DNA from: a virus
Taxonomy: Duplodnaviria > Caudoviricetes
Virus record (IMG/VR): IMGVR_UViG_3300037461_000662
Location: 1 to 49,982 of that record
DNA: 49,982 bases
Reading direction: 5' to 3' (one strand)
The translations under genes were made by a program, and so were the position numbers. The notes beneath the pieces were generated by a model. That model worked only from the letters and a program-made list of their open reading frames with translations. It was not told the origin of the DNA and did no database searches. Shown piece by piece: positions 45,123 through 49,982 of this stretch. Every line of letters begins with the position of its first letter. Positions within the stretch are counted from its first letter, which is position 1.

Positions 45123-45491
45123 TCACGCCTCCGCCGCGGCGTAACCGCGGATCTCGGCGCGCAACATCTTGAGCGCGTCGCGCGCGGCCTTGCGCTCCGT
45201 GTTCGCGCGTCGCAACAACGCGCGGTGCTCTGCTGTCTTTAGCGCGAGCGCGCGCACGTCGGCACGGCGCGTGGCGAGCTGCGGCGCGATGCGCATGATG
45301 GATGCGCGCTGCGCTTTCGCCTCGATCCGAGCCTGCTCGGCGGCTGCCAGGTGCCGATTGATTTCCTCGCTGCGCTCGATGGCGCGCTCGCGCCTCGCCG
45401 CGCGTTCGGCGCGTTTTGCCTCGCGGTGCGCCTTGATGCGCGCGCGCCATTCCGCGATCTGCTCCTTCGTGATGGTGTTGGCCTCTGACAT
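45123..45491 (-). CDS. Basic coiled-coil protein
   Basis: RBS AAAGGAG; Ala/Arg/Glu-rich helix. Confidence 0.6.
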   Translation of the reverse strand: MSEANTITKEQIAEWRARIKAHREAKRAERAARRERAIERSEEINRHLAAAEQARIEAKAQRASIMRIAPQLATRRADVRALALKTAEHRALLRRANTERKAARDALKMLRAEIRGYAAAEA

Positions 45492-45518
45492 GACTGCTCC
45501 TTTCCGCGCCTGGTGGCG

Positions 45519-45695
45519 CTACCGTTCTGACGCGCCGTCGAGCTCCAGCCCGAGCGGCGTCTCGTCGTCCTTCTCTGCGTCTGGTGCCGGCAGATCCCAC
45601 TCCGGCTTAGCGTCCGCGCGGCGGGCGTCCTCGTGCTGCCGCGCGACGGCGAACGTGTCCCACGCACCCGAACGAAACCACCCTTCCTGCATCAT
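45519..45695 (-). CDS. Small acidic protein (58 aa, MMQEGWF...)
   Basis: RBS GAGGTG; fills a gap; not in the ORF track. Confidence 0.5.
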   Translation of the reverse strand: MMQEGWFRSGAWDTFAVARQHEDARRADAKPEWDLPAPDAEKDDETPLGLELDGASER

Positions 45696-45699
45696 CTGA

Positions 45700-45882
45700 T
45701 CACCTCATTAGATATGCGACCGACACGCGCAACGCTGCAGCGATGCTACGTAGCGTCGCAACACGCGGCGTGCGTTTCCCGCGCTCAATAAGGCTGATCG
45801 CCGACTCCGACATGCCGACCTCGACGGCAAGCCGCAGCAGCGTCCAACCTTTGCGCTGGCGTACGTCTCTGATTCTCTGCAC
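45700..45882 (-). CDS. XRE-family HTH regulator (Cro-like, 60 aa)
   Basis: RIRDVRQRKGWTL..LA..VGMS.SAISLIERG.RTP...TL..IA.AL; RBS AAAGGAGG. Confidence 0.9.
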   Translation of the reverse strand: MQRIRDVRQRKGWTLLRLAVEVGMSESAISLIERGKRTPRVATLRSIAAALRVSVAYLMR

Positions 45883-45900
45883 TCGACCTCCTTTTGTTTC

Positions 45901-46007
45901 GTCAAGAAGGTACCATGCGCTTGACGCCAAGTCAACAGCCAGGACGGAATTTTTTATTGTCAAGAGAAATGTGCAATGCTTGCGATTGCGTCCGCTCGCG
46001 ATACAAT
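45901..46007. promoter_or_regulatory. Divergent promoter region with GTCAA(G)/CTTGAC boxes
   Basis: - strand: TTGACT-17-TACCTT (45935..45907). + strand: TTGCGA-16-TACAAT (45980..46007). Boxes at 45901, 45920, 45931 and 45959. Confidence 0.6.
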
Positions 46008-46038
46008 GCGGCTTCGGTGTGGTGCGAGGCATGACGGC

Positions 46039-46266
46039 ATGGTTAATATTCTCGGCTATTGCGCGCGCTGTCCGAGCGGCGCGTACGCCTACTGGTGTGG
46101 CGCGTGCTGGATGATCCTGCACGGCCGCGCCGAGTTCCTGCTGCCGGACGACCCGGCGGCCAGCGAGCCGGTGATGGCCGACTCGCCGGACGCCGAGCGC
46201 GCGTACTGCATGGCGTGCAGGATGCGCCTGCGTGACGGACGCTATGCGGACGACACCGGCATGTGA
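46039..46266 (+). CDS. Small Cys-rich protein, divergent from the XRE gene
   Basis: CARC, CGAC and CMAC; lies downstream of the + strand promoter. Confidence 0.5.
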   Translation: MVNILGYCARCPSGAYAYWCGACWMILHGRAEFLLPDDPAASEPVMADSPDAERAYCMACRMRLRDGRYADDTGM

Positions 46267-46439
46267 CGCCGCCGTCCCAACGGGGGGCGCGCCGCGAAAG
46301 CCTCGGCGAGCCGCGACTCGTCGAGGATCCACGCGCGCCCGACGCGCTGCGATGGCAGCACGCCAGACGCGCACAGCCTGCCGATGGTGCGCTCGGACAC
46401 GCCGAGCCGACGCGCGGCGGTAGATGCGGATATCAGCAT
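46242..46439 (-). CDS. Excisionase/MerR-like HTH DNA-binding protein
   Basis: ISASTAARRLGVSERTIGRLC.SG.LP..RVGRAWIL. Confidence 0.8.
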   Translation of the reverse strand: MLISASTAARRLGVSERTIGRLCASGVLPSQRVGRAWILDESRLAEAFAARPPLGRRRHMPVSSA

Positions 46440-46717
46440 GCGTCGGTACTACGATGCTCGCCCACAGAGGACACGGGCGAGGTCGTCACCTCGATCTCAA
46501 CCCATGTGCTTCCGTCCTCGGGGTGCAGCACGCGCATGAAGTAGACCGAACCGGTGAACTTGCATGGTGCCGATCTGACGGTCATGCCTTGCGGGTCCAC
46601 AGACACGCTCCGACCTACCTCGGCGTGGTTGTGGTCGTAGAAGACCAGCGGGCAGCCTGCCGGAAAATGATCTGGCAGCGCAAGTAACGCCCTCGACCTG
46701 TCTGCGAGTTCGGCCAT
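46433..46717 (-). CDS. Hypothetical protein
   Basis: RBS AGGAGAG. Confidence 0.55.
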   Translation of the reverse strand: MAELADRSRALLALPDHFPAGCPLVFYDHNHAEVGRSVSVDPQGMTVRSAPCKFTGSVYFMRVLHPEDGSTWVEIEVTTSPVSSVGEHRSTDAC

Positions 46718-46825
46718 GTCGCTCTCTCCTATCTCGCCGGGGCTCCGCGCCCGGCCTGCGCCCCCCTCGGGGGTGATCGACGCCACGCGCGAGGCATCCC
46801 GCGCGTGCGCGCCCACACGCATGAT

Positions 46826-47287
46826 CTACTCCGCAATTTCGCGCTCGCACCACGGGCGCACAGCACCCACGTCGATGACGTAGTACCAGCCGCCGGCGGG
46901 CAGCGGCATCGCACGGCGTCCGCATGCCGGTCTGCGTCCCGAGGCCCACGTCCACCAGGGACCGCGCCGCGACATGCCGAGCGCGCCGCACAGGGCTCCT
47001 GTCGTGGTGGCCTTGTTCGCGGCGATGCGGCCGCAGCTCGCCCACACCAGGATGAGATCGCCGACACGGATGGCCGCCATGCCCACGCACTCGGTCTGCG
47101 CGGGGTAGCCATACTTGTTCGCGACGCTCCCGCCGTGCCAGGCGTGATAGGTGGCGCCCGTACGGGCTGCCTGCTGGATGAGCTCGATGACCTCCTCGCG
47201 GGTGGGCGGTACTGTGCGGCGTACACGCAGTCGATAGGTGCTCGTGTCGGTGCAGCTCTCGATGATCCGGTCGATGATATCCGTCAT
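46826..47287 (-). CDS. Hypothetical early protein
   Basis: First gene of the leftward unit; GGSVANKYGYPA.T motif; RBS GGAG. Confidence 0.6.
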   Translation of the reverse strand: MTDIIDRIIESCTDTSTYRLRVRRTVPPTREEVIELIQQAARTGATYHAWHGGSVANKYGYPAQTECVGMAAIRVGDLILVWASCGRIAANKATTTGALCGALGMSRRGPWWTWASGRRPACGRRAMPLPAGGWYYVIDVGAVRPWCEREIAE

Positions 47288-47350
47288 GTCTCGTCTCCGT
47301 CCTCCGCGCAGTCCGGCGCGCGGCTCCGGCCGGGCGTTACTCGCGCCCGA

Positions 47351-47387
47351 CACTTATATCGTCGGATATCCGACGACAAAGTGCAAG
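47351..47387 (-). promoter_or_regulatory. Promoter-like element containing a perfect 18-bp palindrome (operator candidate)
   Basis: TCGTCGGATATCCGACGA at 47359-47376, flanked on the - strand by TTGCAC and TATAAG. Confidence 0.55.
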
Positions 47388-47604
47388 GGTAATCCGAGAT
47401 AGTTCCTCGAATTTGCGTAAGCCTGTGCGCCATCGCGCGATGCGAGCTGCCTATCCGCGCCGCCGCAGCCGATCCGCACGCACCGCCTGCGCCCCACACG
47501 CCGCACCACGCCGCACCGCGCACCATGGCGATGTGAACGCGCACTCACGGTAGCGGTCACGATCTACTATAAGCGCCGCCTATCGTCGGGTATAGGTGGA
47601 GCCT

Positions 47605-48099
47605 ATGGCGGACGACGAACGCGGTACGACTACGGCGACGAGCACGCCAGCGGTACCGGCCGAACCCGCGCACCAGACATCATTCACTAAGAGCGACGGC
47701 GCGGCTGAGGCCGTCAGCAAGACGAGCGAACAGGTGCCACGCGACGCCAAGGGAAAATGGCTGCCTGGCCGCTGTCCCAACCCCGCGGGCCGTCCCAAGG
47801 GCTCGCGGTCGCTCACCACGATTCTGCGCGAGATCCTCGCACGCAGGCTGCATCCTGAGGATACGGCCGAGGACGCGCTCACTCGCGCCGAGGCGTTCGT
47901 CGAGGCTGTGCTCGCACAGGCCGAGTCCGGGAACGCCACATGCGCCAAAGAAATCTGGGAGCGCATGGACGGCAAGGTGCCGGACCGCATCGAGGCGAAG
48001 CTCGGCGGCAACTGGTCGATGGAATACGAGCAGGCCACCGAGGACGACGACACGGAGCCGCAGGACGACGCCGGCAACGAGGTGGGCGATGAGTCCTGA
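47605..48099 (+). CDS. terS: Terminase small subunit (DUF5681-like N-terminus)
   Basis: RDAKGKWLPG..PNPAGRPKGS, A..GN...KEIWERMDGK; directly upstream of terL. Confidence 0.75.
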   Translation: MADDERGTTTATSTPAVPAEPAHQTSFTKSDGAAEAVSKTSEQVPRDAKGKWLPGRCPNPAGRPKGSRSLTTILREILARRLHPEDTAEDALTRAEAFVEAVLAQAESGNATCAKEIWERMDGKVPDRIEAKLGGNWSMEYEQATEDDDTEPQDDAGNEVGDES

Positions 48100-49363
48100 C
48101 GTGCTCGCTGCTCTCGCCTCGCCGCGGCTACGTCAGCGCAAGGTATGCCGACCGCGTGTGACGCGCAAGCAATTCGAGTTCCTCTCGCTGCCGACGCGCT
48201 TCTCGGGCTTCGTCGGGGGCCGCGGCTCGGGCAAGACTACCGCCGGCACGCATAAGGCCGTCGAGCACGCGGGCATCGAGAAGTGCACCGGGGTCATCAT
48301 CTCGCCTACCTACGGCAACCTCGAAGACATCAACATGCCGGCGTTTCTCGCGCTGGCCGAGGCGGGCGACATCATCGCGTCGTTCAACCGCTCGCGCCAC
48401 ACGGCGCACATGACCAACGGGAGCATCGTCCACTTCCGCAGCGCCGACCATCCCGACTTCATGCGCGGTCTCAGTGTGTCCTGGGCGTGGCTGGACGAGG
48501 CGGCGCAATTGGACGAGTACACCTGGCGCGTGATCCTCCCGGCTCTGCGCGAGTTCGGGCGGCCTGGGCGGCTGTGGCTCACTACCACGCCGCGCGGCAA
48601 GAATTGGATCTGGTCGCGCTTCGCACCGCAACCTGGCGAGACGCCGGAGCAAGCCGCGCACCGCTCGTCGCGCTACGGACTCGTCCACGCGAGCACGCGC
48701 GACAATACGTTCCTCGCGCCGGAGATCGTCTCAGACCTCGAGTCGGACTACGGCGTCGGCTGGTTTGCGCGGCAGGAGCTCGCTGGCGAGTTCTGCGATC
48801 CCGAGGGCTCGCTCTTCCAGCGGCCTTGGTTCCGCTACGTCGAGCGCGCGCCGGCGTTCTCGCGCCTCTACCGCGGCTGGGATCTCGCAGTCTCCACCAG
48901 GAGCAGCGCGGACTACACCGTCGGCGTGCTGCTCGGCATCACCGCTGACCAGGACGTGTACATCCTCGACTGCGTGCGCTTCAAAGCCGAATGGCCTGAC
49001 GCGCGCCGCCGCGTGATCGCCACCGCTGCCGCCGACGGCGACGGCTGCATTCAGTGCGTCGAGAGCGTCGCCTTCCAGCTCGCCGCCATCCAAGAGCTGC
49101 GCCGCGAGCCTGCCATGTCGCGCTACGCGCTACGCGAGGTGCGCGCCGAACGCGACAAGCTCAGCTACGCGCTACCCGTCGCGAGCAAGGCGCAGGCCGG
49201 GAAGCTCTATCTCGTGCGAGGCGCGTGGAATGCGGCGTACGTCGACGAGTTCTGCGCCTTCACGGGCGAGGCGAACCAGCAGGGCCACGACGACCAAGTC
49301 GACGGCACCACCATCGCATATCGCTGCGCAACGAGGCCGGAGGTCCGGTTGAGGGAATTGTGA
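48089..49363 (+). CDS. terL: Terminase large subunit
   Basis: Walker A GGRGSGKT, Walker B WLDEAA, coupling motif TTTPRG, nuclease motifs GWDLA and HDDQVD. Confidence 0.95.
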   Translation: MSPDVLAALASPRLRQRKVCRPRVTRKQFEFLSLPTRFSGFVGGRGSGKTTAGTHKAVEHAGIEKCTGVIISPTYGNLEDINMPAFLALAEAGDIIASFNRSRHTAHMTNGSIVHFRSADHPDFMRGLSVSWAWLDEAAQLDEYTWRVILPALREFGRPGRLWLTTTPRGKNWIWSRFAPQPGETPEQAAHRSSRYGLVHASTRDNTFLAPEIVSDLESDYGVGWFARQELAGEFCDPEGSLFQRPWFRYVERAPAFSRLYRGWDLAVSTRSSADYTVGVLLGITADQDVYILDCVRFKAEWPDARRRVIATAAADGDGCIQCVESVAFQLAAIQELRREPAMSRYALREVRAERDKLSYALPVASKAQAGKLYLVRGAWNAAYVDEFCAFTGEANQQGHDDQVDGTTIAYRCATRPEVRLREL

Positions 49364-49982
49364 TGCTGAAGCAACTCGTATCGCGCATCCTCACCTGGGC
49401 CGGAGTCGAGCGCCGCATGTGGGTGCAGAACGACCCCACCTGGGCGTTGGCGAAGCTCGTTGACGGCACGGACAAATTCTCAGATCCGTATCTGCAGCAC
49501 GAGTGGGTCTATGCGTGCATCAAGAGCGTCGCGACGAACATCGCCAGCGTGCCGCTGGTGCACCAGACGGGCAGCGCAAAGAGCGTGCGCGTGATCCAGA
49601 CAGGTCCGATATACGACATCCTCAATCGGCCGAATGCGCTGTGGTCGCGCTGGCACCTGCTCGAGGCAACTATCTCGTGGCTCGAGTCCTGCGGCAACGC
49701 AATCTGGGTGCTCAAGCGTCCTGGCCCGAAGGTGGTTCCTGCCGAGATCCTCTGCTTCGGGCGCGAGGGCTTCGAGGCGAAGTGCGCGGACAACGCCGTC
49801 GTATCCTATCGCTACCGACACGACGGGCTCGACGTGACGTTGCAGCCGCACGAGGTGATTCACTTCCGCTTGTGGAATCCGAAGTCGCCGGTGTGGGGCA
49901 TGGGTCCGCTGCAGGCCGCCATGATTGCTGCCGAGAGCGACTACGAGGCGAGCGTCTACAACCGCGCCTTCTTCAAGAACAG
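49363..49982 (+). CDS. Portal protein, 5' part (continues across the join into 1..1547)
   Basis: TGATG coupling with terL; motifs WVYACIKSVA.NIASVP, ILNRPN, L..CGNA.W, EVIHFR; in frame with ORF 15..1547. Confidence 0.9.
   Translation, partial: MLKQLVSRILTWAGVERRMWVQNDPTWALAKLVDGTDKFSDPYLQHEWVYACIKSVATNIASVPLVHQTGSAKSVRVIQTGPIYDILNRPNALWSRWHLLEATISWLESCGNAIWVLKRPGPKVVPAEILCFGREGFEAKCADNAVVSYRYRHDGLDVTLQPHEVIHFRLWNPKSPVWGMGPLQAAMIAAESDYEASVYNRAFFKN
49856..49982. repeat. Terminal overlap, identical to 1-127
   Basis: Exact duplicate of the window start. Confidence 0.95.

Noticed and set aside
49856-49982. 127-bp terminal direct repeat as biological genome ends or att sites
   Set aside because: It is an exact duplicate lying mid-portal, and its length equals a common assembler k-mer. 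It is best explained as a circular-assembly overlap.
1-49982. Stop-codon reassignment, tRNA genes, integrase
   Set aside because: Core genes are full length in the standard code with normal stop/start overlaps. I recognised no cloverleaf or recombinase motifs by eye; tRNAscan-SE and HMM searches would be needed to exclude them firmly.

Overview
This window is an apparently complete, circularly assembled genome of a GC-rich tailed phage of siphovirus type. It has about 49,855 bp of unique sequence: bases 1-127 are repeated at 49856-49982, and the join falls inside the portal gene. The + strand (47.6 kb, across the join, to 21.7 kb) carries the terminases, a portal fused to a Mu gpF-like domain, an HK97-type protease and capsid, neck and tail tube genes, a chaperone with a -1 frameshift, a tape measure protein, a lambda-like M-L-K-I/J tail tip, fibre/spike genes and a small membrane/lipoprotein trio. 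The - strand (47.3 kb to 21.8 kb) carries HTH regulators, a Sak4-like ATPase, an RlpA-like protein, a replication initiator with 11-bp-phased iterons, a DnaC-like loader, SSB, RusA and about 30 small, often paralogous early genes. I recognised no integrase, reverse transcriptase, CRISPR array or tRNA. Four elements stand out. (1) A glycan module of about 10 kb behind its own extended -10 promoter: three GT29 sialyltransferase-like genes, two Maf/MptE-like transferases, one GT-B enzyme, three paralogous SAM methyltransferases and a secreted heparinase II-like lyase. (2) A C-terminal LxAP(S/T)GMRT tag shared by that lyase and a secreted FN3-like protein in the tail operon. (3) Two (AGC-DGG)n hexamer arrays whose codon choice points to a constraint at the nucleic-acid level. 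(4) A two-unit structured intergenic RNA between ssb and rusA. All family assignments come from recognising motifs by eye; no database searches were run.
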